Shown here piece after piece: positions 63,841-64,000 of a stretch of DNA of 64,000 nt. Positions within the stretch are counted from its first letter, which is position 1; each line of letters begins with the position of its first letter. The translations under genes and the position numbers were made by a program. This DNA comes from Macrostomum hystrix (taxonomy: Eukaryota; Animalia; Platyhelminthes). Below the pieces are notes generated by a model. The model ran no database searches and was not told the DNA's origin. It saw only the letters and a list, made by a program, of their open reading frames with translations. Where the stretch lies: contig CATNEN010000038.1 of assembly GCA_950097015.1 (NCBI GenBank), positions 3,472,001 through 3,536,000 of the forward strand. Reading direction: 5' to 3'.

Positions 63841-64000
63841 TTACTTCAGTGTCTCAGCTGCCACTCCCACCGTTACTTCAGTGTCTCAGCTGCCACTCCC
63901 ACCGTTACTTCAGTGTCTCAGCTGCCACTCCCACCGTTACTTCAGTGTCTCAGCTGCCACTCCCACCGTTACTTCAGTGTCTCAGCTGCCACTCCCACCG
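63841..64000. repeat. 32-bp minisatellite TTACTTCAGTGTCTCAGCTGCCACTCCCACCG, running off the window end
   Basis: Five identical copies. Confidence 0.95.

Overview
Eukaryotic (metazoan) genomic DNA: GC-rich spliced exons, AT-rich spacers, and a different minisatellite in many introns and spacers. The style suggests a free-living flatworm such as Macrostomum; this is an inference, not something the sequence proves. I reconstructed 12 protein genes by hand from GT-AG boundaries. In order: the 3' half of an NADPH oxidase (+); a TSP1/Ig-like single-pass membrane protein (+); a minus-strand run NAA35 > ATP synthase subunit c > MDH2 > Lifeguard/TMBIM; a divergent plus-strand run PEX19 > KIF4 > CEP131 > ADAP > cyclophilin B; and a secreted Gly/Tyr-rich protein. 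Mobile DNA includes a tRNA-headed SINE family (6 copies plus a fragment), a 5'-truncated RNase H LINE with an 11-bp TSD, an internally deleted maT-like Tc1/mariner element, a Merlin-like deletion derivative and MITEs. The best leads are these. (1) Two long, structured box C/D RNA candidates (KIF4 intron 5 and the KIF4-CEP131 spacer) share an 18-nt block antisense to the U2 snRNA 5' end and a second motif, TATGCAAT. (2) The two gene runs look like trans-spliced operons, and CEP131 has no adjacent ATG, so it may use a spliced-leader AUG. (3) The SINE and the LINE share a 3' stem-loop. (4) PEX19 may use a non-canonical GA donor. (5) Each minisatellite is private to its intron or spacer. Most long ORFs in the supplied track that lie over repeats are artefacts.
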